The position numbers were made by a program, and so were the translations under genes. Below the pieces are notes generated by a model that ran no database searches, had not been told where the DNA came from, and saw only the letters and a program-made list of their open reading frames with translations. Of a stretch of 64,000 nucleotides of DNA, positions 40,306 through 49,802 are shown piece by piece (the stretch's first letter is position 1; the number at the start of each line of letters is the position of its first letter). This stretch comes from an uncultured Chloroflexota bacterium. Lineage in GTDB: Bacteria; Chloroflexota; Dehalococcoidia; Lucifugimonadales; CAJXCD01. The stretch is taken from NCBI GenBank assembly GCA_913051545.1, contig CAJXCD010000002.1:55991-119990 (forward strand). The letters are read 5' to 3'.

Positions 40306-40500
40306 TCATATTTTTCGAAGGATTTCATCAGCTACGTGTTCTCGACCTTTTGGTACCATTATTTTGAATACTACTCTTTCACCCCAAGACAATATATCTC
40401 CTTTAGGTATTATCTTTGTGGGAAGGCCATCACCTTCTAGCACATCTTTCCACATTTCCGCCATCATAAGATTAGGGGCCTCTCGGTAATCTATCCACAT
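40306..40500 (-). CDS. Small protein, DUF2007/putative signal-transducing-like, between nuoK and nuoL
   Basis: 64 aa, AEMWKDVLEGDGLP...IMVP......ADEIL; co-oriented with tight spacing and a GAGGG SD. Confidence 0.7.
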   Translation of the reverse strand: MWIDYREAPNLMMAEMWKDVLEGDGLPTKIIPKGDILSWGERVVFKIMVPKGREHVADEILRKI

Positions 40501-40509
40501 TTAATTCCC

Positions 40510-40848
40510 TCAGTGCCTCATTTGATTGACGTCTGTTATGAATACGGTTTCTCGACTACGATAAACTGTGATTATTATAGCTACACCAAGAGCTATTTCT
40601 GCAGCAGCTACAGTTACGATGAATAGTGAAAAAATTTGACCAGTTAATGCCGAACGAGTTACATCAGTGCCCTGGCTAATTAGTGAGGGATCCAAGTATC
40701 TAGAAAATGCTACAGCAGCAATGTTTACCGCATTTAACATAAGTTCTATACTCATTAGAACAGTTATAACATTTCTTTTTGAAATTGTCCCATACAACCC
40801 AATGGCGAAAATAGCCGCACTAACTATAAGAAAATTTTCAAGATTCAT
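40510..40848 (-). CDS. nuoK: NADH-quinone oxidoreductase subunit K
   Basis: MSIELMLNAVN, GQIFSLF, AAAEIALG. Confidence 0.95.
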   Translation of the reverse strand: MNLENFLIVSAAIFAIGLYGTISKRNVITVLMSIELMLNAVNIAAVAFSRYLDPSLISQGTDVTRSALTGQIFSLFIVTVAAAEIALGVAIIITVYRSRETVFITDVNQMRH

Positions 40849-40863
40849 ATTGTCGTAAGATTC

Positions 40864-41577
40864 CTATTTTTCTCTTATTAGAGTCAAAGCTCCTATCATA
40901 GCTGCGAGAAGTAATATAGAGACTAATTCGAACGCTAGTACGAAATCACGTAGTAATAATTCAGCTATGGAGGGGATGGTATCTGTAAATATCTTGTCTA
41001 ACCCAGATTGGTCTCGATCAGAATCAAGTTTTTCATCTAACACATATGATGTATCATCTTGTACTTCACGATCCGCTGGAGATTCTGAGTCTGAGTGTTT
41101 AGGATCACAAAAGAACCAAAAGCAAACATGGAAGTAAGAAAATTTAGTGTAAACTTCTACGGAATCCTCTTGATACGTATCTGGCAGCGGATCTGGATGA
41201 GGTTGGATATTCCAGTCTACTTGTACCATAACAAACGTAAACACCAGAAAGAAAATTAACCCAACTATTGAAGCAGGAATTTTTAGTCGGTTGGGAGGAT
41301 TACCGTCTGACACATCCCTTGTCATCAAAATCGCAAATATTATGAGTACAGAGATTGCTCCAACATATATCAGAATTTGAACTACTGCTAAAAACTCAGC
41401 CCTTAGTAGAATAAACATACCAGCGATACCGATAAATGCTAAAACCAAGAATAATGCCGCGCGGAAAAGATCTCGAATTTGTACCACTGCGAATGAGGAC
41501 ACTATGACTGAAATTGATACTACCCAAAATGCTATGTTTGTGATAACAGATGATTCAATCGTTGAGCTTAAACTCAT
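40864..41577 (-). CDS. nuoJ: NADH-quinone oxidoreductase subunit J (with long loop insertion)
   Basis: AEFLAVVQILIYVGAISVLIIF, FELVSILLLAAMIGA; ATGA overlap with the nuoI stop. Confidence 0.93.
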   Translation of the reverse strand: MSLSSTIESSVITNIAFWVVSISVIVSSFAVVQIRDLFRAALFLVLAFIGIAGMFILLRAEFLAVVQILIYVGAISVLIIFAILMTRDVSDGNPPNRLKIPASIVGLIFFLVFTFVMVQVDWNIQPHPDPLPDTYQEDSVEVYTKFSYFHVCFWFFCDPKHSDSESPADREVQDDTSYVLDEKLDSDRDQSGLDKIFTDTIPSIAELLLRDFVLAFELVSILLLAAMIGALTLIREK

Positions 41578-42245
41578 CTTTTCGCCCACTTTGCAGCTTG
41601 ATCATCTGATGAGGGGCTTTCATGTCTCCCTGCTTCTGTCCAGTCTACATCTCTTCCAATTCCAGGGTCATAAGATTTTTCTTCTAATTGTGGTCTGAAC
41701 CAAGTACTTGGCTTTTTACGTGACTTGCGAAGTCGGTCAATATCTATCACTAGTTCTTCTCGCTTGTAGGTTCCTTCCTCAAACCCACTGCCGAGGTGCA
41801 ACGCATCGTATGGACATGCTTCTACGCAAAGACCACAGAACATACATCTACCAATATCTATATCAAATACTTCTATACCGTATTTTTCTCCTTCAGGCAT
41901 AGCGTTTCCACTTGGTTCGGTTACTATGCGAATTATGCCCAGGGGACAGTATTTAGCGCAGCTAGCACATCCGGTGCAGCGTTGTTCATACCATGTAAAT
42001 TCTTCCCCTCTGAAACGGGGGTGTTTTGGTTGCCTGTCTTCTACGGTTTCCAGCCCTATAATTGCACGGATAGACTTTCCAGGATTAGCAAGTACATACT
42101 TTAATGGGTTAATGTCAGCGTTTTGTGCGAGCCACAAAATTCCGACCTTCCTGTCTGGATATTGGTGTAACGTGAACATTCTGCTTGGAAGCAATAAATT
42201 TTTTAAGGTAATTCTGAGTCCCCTGATTATTCCTGTTCCATACAT
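41574..42245 (-). CDS. nuoI: NADH-quinone oxidoreductase subunit I
   Basis: Two [4Fe-4S] motifs, CTGCASCAKYCP and CMFCGLCVEACP; PRFRG. Confidence 0.93.
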   Translation of the reverse strand: MYGTGIIRGLRITLKNLLLPSRMFTLHQYPDRKVGILWLAQNADINPLKYVLANPGKSIRAIIGLETVEDRQPKHPRFRGEEFTWYEQRCTGCASCAKYCPLGIIRIVTEPSGNAMPEGEKYGIEVFDIDIGRCMFCGLCVEACPYDALHLGSGFEEGTYKREELVIDIDRLRKSRKKPSTWFRPQLEEKSYDPGIGRDVDWTEAGRHESPSSDDQAAKWAKR

Positions 42246-42247
42246 GC

Positions 42248-43438
42248 TTATTCGGCCTCCGCGTACATGTTGGCAAGAGGTGATGGTACCGGTTTCTTTG
42301 GTTGTAATGATGGTTGGCCAAGTACATTAGCTAATATATAGATAGCTATACCAGTCACAAGCCAATTGATTCCCGACATGATTAGGAGTGTAGATACTCC
42401 GATAGGTTCGATCCCTCCACTTTGAAAAAATTGAATCTCTGCTGCTATCAGGAAGATATTAAGTAAAGCAAGTGGAAATAAACCTTTCCATGCGAATCCC
42501 ATAATTTGGTCTACCCTGAGTCGTGGCCAAGTTGCACGAATCCATAGCAATAAAAATGTCGCAGCAAGTGCTTTTAGTATGAACCACACTTGCCCTGGTA
42601 TTAAATCAGGTCCTCTGCTGCCTCCTAAGAAAACCACCGTTAATATAGCAGCAGTAACTAGTGGGGCCATAAATTCTGCTAGCTGAAATATCGCGAACTT
42701 AATTCCACTGAACTCTGTATGATAGCCTCCAGTTAGTTCAGATTCAGCTTCTATCATATCGAATGGTGCTCTGCTCATCTCTGCTGATGCGGCTATTATG
42801 AATACTAGGAAACCTAGTGGTTGTACGATTAGGAACGGCAGTGTTTGACTCGCTACAATGCCTGACAAGGATAATGATCCTGCCAAGAGTACTGCCCCCG
42901 CTAGGGCTAACGCCATGGGCACTTCATAGCTCACAAGCATAGCTACTCCACGCATGGCGCCAAGCATGGCGTACTTGTTCCGGGAGCCCCAGCCACCCAT
43001 AAATATCCCAAAGGTATTCATGCCGGTCACTCCCATTATGAAAAGGACACCCACATTGAGATCACCAAGAAAACTGTTGGTACCGAATGGGATGATGGCA
43101 AAAACCAGAAATGCTGGGACCAGTAATGCTATAGGCGCTAACGTAGAGACAATACGATCAGCTGAATTGGGAGAAATATCTTCTTTTGTTATCAGCTTTA
43201 TAATATCTGCAAGTGGTTGAAGGAGCCCGAATGGACCCCAGCGATTTGGGCCAAGGCGAGATTGAAATCTACCTAGTACCCTGCGTTCAAACCAAGTGTA
43301 TAGAGCAGCTACTCCAACGAGTGCATTTATTACAACCAGAGCTAGAAATATACCTGATATAGAGAACGCGATCCATTCTAGACCATCAGGTAGAATTCCA
43401 GAGACAAAGGCATGAATATTTCGGAATCCCAATTCCAT
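42248..43438 (-). CDS. nuoH: NADH-quinone oxidoreductase subunit H
   Basis: ERRVLGRFQSRLGPNR, QPLADIIKL, RAPFD..EAESEL, PRLRVDQ. Confidence 0.95.
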   Translation of the reverse strand: MELGFRNIHAFVSGILPDGLEWIAFSISGIFLALVVINALVGVAALYTWFERRVLGRFQSRLGPNRWGPFGLLQPLADIIKLITKEDISPNSADRIVSTLAPIALLVPAFLVFAIIPFGTNSFLGDLNVGVLFIMGVTGMNTFGIFMGGWGSRNKYAMLGAMRGVAMLVSYEVPMALALAGAVLLAGSLSLSGIVASQTLPFLIVQPLGFLVFIIAASAEMSRAPFDMIEAESELTGGYHTEFSGIKFAIFQLAEFMAPLVTAAILTVVFLGGSRGPDLIPGQVWFILKALAATFLLLWIRATWPRLRVDQIMGFAWKGLFPLALLNIFLIAAEIQFFQSGGIEPIGVSTLLIMSGINWLVTGIAIYILANVLGQPSLQPKKPVPSPLANMYAEAE

Positions 43439-44541
43439 TACCTATCCACCTCTCCCATGTTAACTGCTAGGCTTCCGAATATTACAATTAAGTCTGACAT
43501 TTTCCCACCTACAATCATGTCTCTAAGCATGGTGGTATTAATAAAAGAGGGCGAACGTATCTTACACCTATAAGGCGAAATTCCCCCATCACTGACTATG
43601 TAGAATCCTAGTTCTCCTCTTGGAGCTTCTACGCATCCGTAAGCATCGCCTTCTGGCGGTCTCATAAAAAAAGCACCATCAGTTTTAACTGTCCCATCTG
43701 GTATTTTATCTACGCATTGTTTTATTATTTTGACGCTTTCCCGCATCTCTTGCAGCCTAACTATATATCTGTCAAAACAATCCCCTGTTGCTCCAATAGG
43801 TATTTCGAAATCCATCTCTGAATAGATTTCGTATGGATCTGCTTTTCTGAGATCCCATTGTACTCCGCTAGCCCGTAGTATTGGTCCAGATATTGATGCA
43901 TCGATAGCAACTTCAGGATCCAATACGCCTACGTCTCTCGTTCTAGACAAAACTATTTCGTTACGAGTTATAAGTTCTTCAAGTTCATCTATATATCCGG
44001 GCATATCTTCAAGAAAATCATTCAGGGCTGGCCAGAAATCTGATGGTGCGTCTTGGGTAAGTCCTCCTGGTCTCATGTAACTTACTGTTATTCGAGCCCC
44101 ACAAAGCATTTCGAACAAGTCTAAAATACGTTCTCTTTCTCTAAAACAGTACATTAACATAGTTACAAATGTTCCTAGTTCTTGCAGGAAAAACCCCGTA
44201 AAAACTAGATGAGAAGCTATTCTCTGCAACTCTACGGATATTACCCTCAGGTACATTGCTCGCTCAGGGACTTCGATCCCGCCTAGCTTTTCCAAAGCTG
44301 TTACATAACCCAGATTATTACTCATTGCCGATTCATAATCGAGTCTGTCAGTCAGAGTCACAATTTGAGTGTATGTCCGCTCCTCAGCGAGTTTTTCTGT
44401 ACCTCTGTGAAGATAACCAAACACCGGTTCCAAATCTATAACCTCTTCGCCATCAAATGTAACTCGAAGCCTAAATACCCCATGAGTACTTGGATGTTGC
44501 GGTCCTAGGTTTATAGTTACTGGCTCTGTACGTATAGGCAT
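43438..44541 (-). CDS. nuoD: NADH-quinone oxidoreductase subunit D
   Basis: NLGPQHPSTHGVFRL, GYLHRGTEK, EAPRGE, GEVDR. Confidence 0.95.
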   Translation of the reverse strand: MPIRTEPVTINLGPQHPSTHGVFRLRVTFDGEEVIDLEPVFGYLHRGTEKLAEERTYTQIVTLTDRLDYESAMSNNLGYVTALEKLGGIEVPERAMYLRVISVELQRIASHLVFTGFFLQELGTFVTMLMYCFRERERILDLFEMLCGARITVSYMRPGGLTQDAPSDFWPALNDFLEDMPGYIDELEELITRNEIVLSRTRDVGVLDPEVAIDASISGPILRASGVQWDLRKADPYEIYSEMDFEIPIGATGDCFDRYIVRLQEMRESVKIIKQCVDKIPDGTVKTDGAFFMRPPEGDAYGCVEAPRGELGFYIVSDGGISPYRCKIRSPSFINTTMLRDMIVGGKMSDLIVIFGSLAVNMGEVDR

Positions 44542-44558
44542 TATTCTTAAGCTATAAA

Positions 44559-45002
44559 TTACCTCAGGAAATCTTTTCTAAGAGGATGTCCTTGGAATCC
44601 TTCCCACAGCATAATTCTTTTCATGTTTGGATGTCCGTCAAACCGTATTCCCATTAAGTCCCAAATTTCTCTTTCTTGAAGGTTTGCTCCTCTCCACACA
44701 TCTACGACGCTTGGAACGCAGGGGTCTTCTCGACCAGGGCATTTCGTTTTTACAACAGCGCTTAAGTTAAGACGCATGGACAGTAAGTGATAGATGATTT
44801 CAAAGTGATCTATGTAATCAACTGCACTTACGGACCTCAGGAAAGCAAAATTCAGGTTCGGGGTTTCCTTGAGGAACCTAGCTACTTTAGGTAAGTCATT
44901 CGATTGTATATAACAACTTATGTCGGTGTATTCATCTACCGTATTAGGGAAGTTATCATTAATCTGTACAGCCAGTTCGCCACCTGTCAAAGCCCTGGTC
45001 AT
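44559..45002 (-). CDS. nuoC: NADH-quinone oxidoreductase subunit C
   Basis: EREIWDLMGIRFDGHP, GHPLRKDF. Confidence 0.95.
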   Translation of the reverse strand: MTRALTGGELAVQINDNFPNTVDEYTDISCYIQSNDLPKVARFLKETPNLNFAFLRSVSAVDYIDHFEIIYHLLSMRLNLSAVVKTKCPGREDPCVPSVVDVWRGANLQEREIWDLMGIRFDGHPNMKRIMLWEGFQGHPLRKDFLR

Positions 45003-45616
45003 TATAAGTTAAACAATTTTCCTTTCATGGAGTACCGTTTGATTTTTTCTTGAAGCTGCATAATCCCGTAAAGGAGTGCATCAGGTCTTGGGGGACAACC
45101 AGGGACATAAACGTCTACAGGTATTATATGGTTTACTCCAGGAACTACACTGTAGGATTCGAAATATGGCCCCCCACTTGTTGCACAGACACCCATCGAT
45201 ATTACCCATCTGGGTTCAGCCATCTGCTCGTATACTCGCTCGATTGCTGGTGCCATTTTCCATGTAACGGTTCCGGCAACAATCATCAGGTCTGCTTGTC
45301 TGGGGGATGCTCTAAATACTTCAGCCCCAAATCTTGCCAAATCGAATCTAGACATTGCACTTGCCATCATTTCAAATGCGCAACATGCTAATCCAAAAGA
45401 CAATGGCCATATGGCTGATTTCCTGCCCCAGTTTACTAAGGCATCTATCGATGTGATAGCCAGATTATTCTTGAGATCATCTGGGACTTCTATAAATGGC
45501 TCTGACATTGGTTCAGTGCGGTTTGCTTTTAGACTGTTAACGTATTCACCCTCGGATTGGTCTAGGCTCCATGTAGTTGCATGTAGAGGAATTGTTCCAG
45601 GCTTTTCTAGTTCCAT
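45002..45616 (-). CDS. nuoB: NADH-quinone oxidoreductase subunit B
   Basis: [30 protein letters not shown]. Start likely ATG 45616, overlapping the nuoA end. Confidence 0.95.
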   Translation of the reverse strand: MELEKPGTIPLHATTWSLDQSEGEYVNSLKANRTEPMSEPFIEVPDDLKNNLAITSIDALVNWGRKSAIWPLSFGLACCAFEMMASAMSRFDLARFGAEVFRASPRQADLMIVAGTVTWKMAPAIERVYEQMAEPRWVISMGVCATSGGPYFESYSVVPGVNHIIPVDVYVPGCPPRPDALLYGIMQLQEKIKRYSMKGKLFNL

Positions 45617-46002
45617 TCTAGCGCTCCCTTCCGCCACGCGTATAACCATCCTAGTAAGAGGATTCCTATGAAAATCACCATTTCGAAAAATATAAAAGCG
45701 CCAAATTCCTTAGACAGTACACCAAAGCTTGCTGCCCAAGGGAACAAAAAAATCACTTCTACATCAAAAATCACAAAAATTAGAGCGAATGTATAAAAGC
45801 GGAAATTAAACCGATTCCAGGTGCCACTAAGAGTTCCAAATCCACATTCGTAGATGCTTTGCTTTATCGCACTAGGCTTATTAGGCCGAATCCCTATCAC
45901 TGATAGTACGTAAGAAACCACCATCATGCCGGTAGGAACGGCTACAGCGAAGGCGGTAAAAATAGCAATCAAGCCATACTGCCTGAAGTAATCGTCTAGC
46001 AA
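45607..46002 (-). CDS. nuoA: NADH-quinone oxidoreductase subunit A
   Basis: [30 protein letters not shown]. Confidence 0.95.
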   Translation of the reverse strand: MLDDYFRQYGLIAIFTAFAVAVPTGMMVVSYVLSVIGIRPNKPSAIKQSIYECGFGTLSGTWNRFNFRFYTFALIFVIFDVEVIFLFPWAASFGVLSKEFGAFIFFEMVIFIGILLLGWLYAWRKGALEWN

Positions 46003-46096
46003 TTAGCCTAGCCTCAAGTCCCTATTCATCAGGTGTCGAAACAATTTCAACGTTTCCTTCTGAGACAGGTATTTTTAGATATAACAAGCTTGGCGG

Positions 46097-46125
46097 AATA
46101 TAGCATAAAGTGAAAAAATTCGCAA
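46097..46125 (-). promoter_or_regulatory. Putative nuo promoter overlapped by a Rex-like operator
   Basis: Minus strand TTGCGA-17 nt-TATATT with TG extension. TTGCGAA-TTTT-TTCACTT (46125-46108) matches the Rex consensus TTGTGAA-N4-TTCACAA at 11 of 14 positions. Confidence 0.5.
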
Positions 46126-46197
46126 ACTATGATTATGGTTGTTAATTGGTTAGATTACACATTGGCTTTTAAACCGAACTTGGATTATCTGAGTAAA

Positions 46198-46243
46198 TAC
46201 ATTCCAATACTTCAATTAGTCTTGATTGACGTATTGGAATGTA
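46198..46243. repeat. Long inverted repeat in the nuo/polyprenyl synthase divergent region
   Basis: TACATTCCAATAC ... GTATTGGAATGTA (13-bp perfect arms) plus inner TCAAT/ATTGA pairing. Confidence 0.75.
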
Positions 46244-46340
46244 CGATACTAGCACCAATTACGAGGTTATTTAGGCACTCTTCAGATATATGTGCTGATA
46301 CCAGTGAATTTCCTCCGTGTAGTCATAGGTATATCCGTAA

Positions 46341-47402
46341 TTGAATTCTTCGTATAAAAAAAACCGTAGTGATAAAGTTCCAATCCCACATTCTCTCTTG
46401 AGATACAGGGAATTGCTAGACGATTCTTTGCGATTAAGTGTCCCGAATTGTGGAAACAGCGTTTATAAGTTATTAGAGTATGCCATGGGTTGGATAGACG
46501 AAGATGGCAGACCCGTATCCAAGAGTAAAGGTAAAGCTTTAAGGCCGACTCTATGTTTACTATCCAGCGTTGCAAGTGGAGGTACTATACAGTCTGCTTT
46601 ACCAGCAGCGGTGGCTCTTGAATTGATCCACAATTTTTCGCTTATCCACGATGACATTCAGGACAAGGATAAAATTCGTCACCATCGTAGGACCGTATGG
46701 GCTGTTTGGGGTAATTCCAAAGCTCTAGTTGCAGGAGATGTGCTGAAAATTATAGCAGACAGATCGCTTACCGATGTGAAAGATAAAGGGTTGAATTCCA
46801 TCATTTCAAACAGAATAAATGGTTTGCTTACTGAAGCGTATTTAGAAATGATAGAAGGACAGTACCTGGACCTTGATTATGAACGACGTACAGATGTGGG
46901 GATATCGAATTATCTAGATATGGTTTCTAGGAAGACTGGTGCATTGATACGCAGTTCTATGAATATAGGTGCTTTACTTGGATCTGAAGATGATTCTGTG
47001 GCAGATACATTCCGTAAATGTGGGAGTGCTGTAGGTTACTTATTTCAAGTACGCGATGATATTCTTGGTATTTGGGGACAGGAAACTTTAACAGGGAAGC
47101 CTGTTGGATCAGATATTCGTAGAAGGAAGAACACTTTTCCTGTTGTCTACACTATTTCAAAAATTGGTGGTTCAGATAAAAGGGAGTTACTTCATATATA
47201 TCAAAAGGATAATATCGATGACAATGATGTGCAGAGTGTTCTTGAAATAATGGATAAAGTAGATACTAGATCATATGCACAGGATTTCGCCCAAAGTTGC
47301 AGGGATGATGCTGTTAAGTTACTTTCATCTGTGAATTTGGTAACCAAGCCTCATAAAGACTTGGTAGACATATTCAACTTTTTGTTAGTTAGGGAGAACT
47401 AA
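46341..47402 (+). CDS. Polyprenyl diphosphate synthase (FPP/GGPP synthase, IdsA-like)
   Basis: GKALRP, FSLIHDDIQD..R, GQYLD, KTG, FQVRDD, GSDIRRRK. Confidence 0.92.
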   Translation: MNSSYKKNRSDKVPIPHSLLRYRELLDDSLRLSVPNCGNSVYKLLEYAMGWIDEDGRPVSKSKGKALRPTLCLLSSVASGGTIQSALPAAVALELIHNFSLIHDDIQDKDKIRHHRRTVWAVWGNSKALVAGDVLKIIADRSLTDVKDKGLNSIISNRINGLLTEAYLEMIEGQYLDLDYERRTDVGISNYLDMVSRKTGALIRSSMNIGALLGSEDDSVADTFRKCGSAVGYLFQVRDDILGIWGQETLTGKPVGSDIRRRKNTFPVVYTISKIGGSDKRELLHIYQKDNIDDNDVQSVLEIMDKVDTRSYAQDFAQSCRDDAVKLLSSVNLVTKPHKDLVDIFNFLLVREN

Positions 47403-47519
47403 ACACTTTCATTTTTCACCATTGTGAAATTTATCTAATCCATTTTTTATTCAATTAAGGTATAATTTTATCGGTTTTACACAACATTGTGCAGATGTAT
47501 CTGCGGGAGGATGGATTAG

Positions 47520-47990
47520 ATGGAATTGTCGATTGAAACATTTAAGACGCATGTTTCTACTTTATTGATTGAAACTAATACTATGCCTGAGTTCGTGAAT
47601 ATTACTCAGGAAGTCGTGGAAGCTGTTGAGGAATCGGGAATTCAGAATGGTACTGTTACCGTATTTTCTAGACACACTACAGCAGGTATTACAATTCAAG
47701 AAGATGAACCGCTTCTTCTGAATGATATGTCGAGTATGCTTGACAGATTGGTTCCGCGAACAATCCGATATGGTCACAACGATTTCAGCATTCGGACTGT
47801 TCACATGGAGGAGGATGAATGTCCTAATGGCCATTCTCATTGTCAGCATCTTATAGTTGGCAACAGTGAGACTATTCCAATTATTGGTGCCAAGTTAGCC
47901 TTGGGAAAATGGCAGAATATTTTTTTGGTTGAGTTAGACGAAGCAAAAATCATACCCCGCGAAGTCTTACTGCAATCAATGGGGATTTAG
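47520..47990 (+). CDS. YjbQ/UPF0047 family protein
   Basis: HTTAGITI.E, NGHSH, LGKWQNIFLVELD. Confidence 0.9.
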   Translation: MELSIETFKTHVSTLLIETNTMPEFVNITQEVVEAVEESGIQNGTVTVFSRHTTAGITIQEDEPLLLNDMSSMLDRLVPRTIRYGHNDFSIRTVHMEEDECPNGHSHCQHLIVGNSETIPIIGAKLALGKWQNIFLVELDEAKIIPREVLLQSMGI

Positions 47991-47998
47991 CATTAAAT

Positions 47999-48886
47999 AT
48001 GTCGCTCCACCCTTTTGAACAAACAGGAGTGACATTGGATCAGGCTTATGACCTCTGCGAAAAGTTAACCAATACTCATTACGAGAATTTTTCTATAGCT
48101 TCCTGGTTTCTTCCGAGGGCAAAACGCCGGTACCTATATTCAATATACGCATTTTGCAGGCATGTGGATGATATAGGTGACGTCTATAAAGGCGACAGGT
48201 TAATAGAGCTTGATATATGGCAAAATGATTTTTTGAAATGCTATGGTGGAGAACCGACTCATCCATACTTAATTGCACTTCAAGATACTATAAGTAAGTT
48301 TGGTATTCCTGAGGATCCTTTCCTGAAACTTATAGAAGCCAACAGGATGGACCAAAAGGAAAATAGATATGTTAGCTATGCTGATTTAGAAGACTATTGC
48401 CTGCATTCTGCGGAGCCTGTAGGGCAACTTGTGTTGTATGTTTTTGGCTATCAAGATCACGAGCGACAGGCACTTTCAGATTACACTTGTAGAGCTTTGC
48501 AACTGACTAATTTTTGGCAAGATGTGAGCAGGGATCTATCCAATGGAAGGATATATATACCCCTCGAAGACATGAAGCAATTTGGATATTCAGAGAAAGA
48601 TCTGAAAGATCGTATAGCGGATCGTAGATTTCGTGATTTGATGCGTTTTCAGGTTGGCCGGGCACGTCACCTTTTCAGAATGGGTACACCCTTAGTTGAT
48701 ATGGTTCACGATGATTTTAAACTCGATTTAATCTTGTTCACTAGAGGAGGATTAAAGATATTAGATGCGATTGAGGATTTGGACTATGATGTTCTCAATA
48801 ATAGGCCAGTAATTTCTACATTTAAGAAGGTTAGTCTTATGTTGGGAACATTTATAAAACTTAGAATACTTGGAAGATTCGTATAA
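47999..48886 (+). CDS. hpnC: Squalene synthase HpnC
   Basis: HYENF, YAFCRHVDDIGD, SAEPVG, ALQLTNFWQDV..D...GRIYIP. Confidence 0.9.
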   Translation: MSLHPFEQTGVTLDQAYDLCEKLTNTHYENFSIASWFLPRAKRRYLYSIYAFCRHVDDIGDVYKGDRLIELDIWQNDFLKCYGGEPTHPYLIALQDTISKFGIPEDPFLKLIEANRMDQKENRYVSYADLEDYCLHSAEPVGQLVLYVFGYQDHERQALSDYTCRALQLTNFWQDVSRDLSNGRIYIPLEDMKQFGYSEKDLKDRIADRRFRDLMRFQVGRARHLFRMGTPLVDMVHDDFKLDLILFTRGGLKILDAIEDLDYDVLNNRPVISTFKKVSLMLGTFIKLRILGRFV

Positions 48887-48926
48887 TTTGATTTGATGGT
48901 TAAATCTATATCTCTAAGGACTAGAA

Positions 48927-49802
48927 TTGTTTAAGGAACTTGATTGGGCTTATTCGGAGTGTAGCAGGATTACGAAGTCCAGGGCACGTAACTTTTACTA
49001 TGCATTTCTGACCTTGCCAGTTGATCAACGAAAGGCTATTTATACTGCTTATGCGTTTTGTAGGTTGTGTGATGATATAGCTGATGGAAACGAATCTCTC
49101 AGTGAAAAGCGATTTCAGTTAAATTCAGTACGTGAAAAGCTTCGAGACATGGAACACGTTGACACAGATTCTTTCATATTTAAGGCTTTGAATGATACAC
49201 GTATAAAATTTGGTATACCAGTGCACTATTTTGAGACAATTATTGATGGGGTTGAATCAGATCTTGTGCCGAATCGTTACAATACTTTTGATGACCTCAG
49301 GAGTTACTGTTACAAAGTAGCATCTGTTGTAGGTCTTATAAGTATAGAAATATTTGGATACGATGATGCGTCTGCTAAAGCGTATGCAATTGATTTGGGA
49401 ATTGCTATGCAGCTCACAAACATTTTGCGTGATATACGAGAAGACTCGCAGCTGGGACGTATATACATTCCTGCGGAAGAGATAGAAATGTTCAATTATT
49501 CTGAATCACAATTGACTGGTAGAGTTATTAATGACTCTTTCCGAGATTTGATGGCATATCAGGTTGATAGAGCAAGAATGCATTTTGTTTCCTCAAGGCC
49601 TTTGATAGATTTGCTACCTCCTCGATCCAGAGCATGCCCAATGGTTTTGGCGGGAGTTTATGCTAGATTATTGGTTAGAATGGAGTCTGTTGGATATGAT
49701 GTTTTTAGTAATCGAATAAGTCTCGGTACTACTGAGAAATTCTTTTTGATGGTAAAACTATGGTTTGCGAGTCTAATCCCGATAGAAAAAATACAAGGAT
49801 AG
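48927..49802 (+). CDS. hpnD: Presqualene diphosphate synthase HpnD
   Basis: NFYYAF, YAFCRLCDD, VASVVGL, QLTNILRDIRED...GRIYIP. Confidence 0.88.
   Translation: MFKELDWAYSECSRITKSRARNFYYAFLTLPVDQRKAIYTAYAFCRLCDDIADGNESLSEKRFQLNSVREKLRDMEHVDTDSFIFKALNDTRIKFGIPVHYFETIIDGVESDLVPNRYNTFDDLRSYCYKVASVVGLISIEIFGYDDASAKAYAIDLGIAMQLTNILRDIREDSQLGRIYIPAEEIEMFNYSESQLTGRVINDSFRDLMAYQVDRARMHFVSSRPLIDLLPPRSRACPMVLAGVYARLLVRMESVGYDVFSNRISLGTTEKFFLMVKLWFASLIPIEKIQG

Noticed and set aside
46129-46575. Short ORFs 46129-46344 (+) and 46282-46575 (-)
   Set aside because: No recognisable motifs; they overlap promoter/inverted-repeat DNA or lie antisense to the prenyl synthase.
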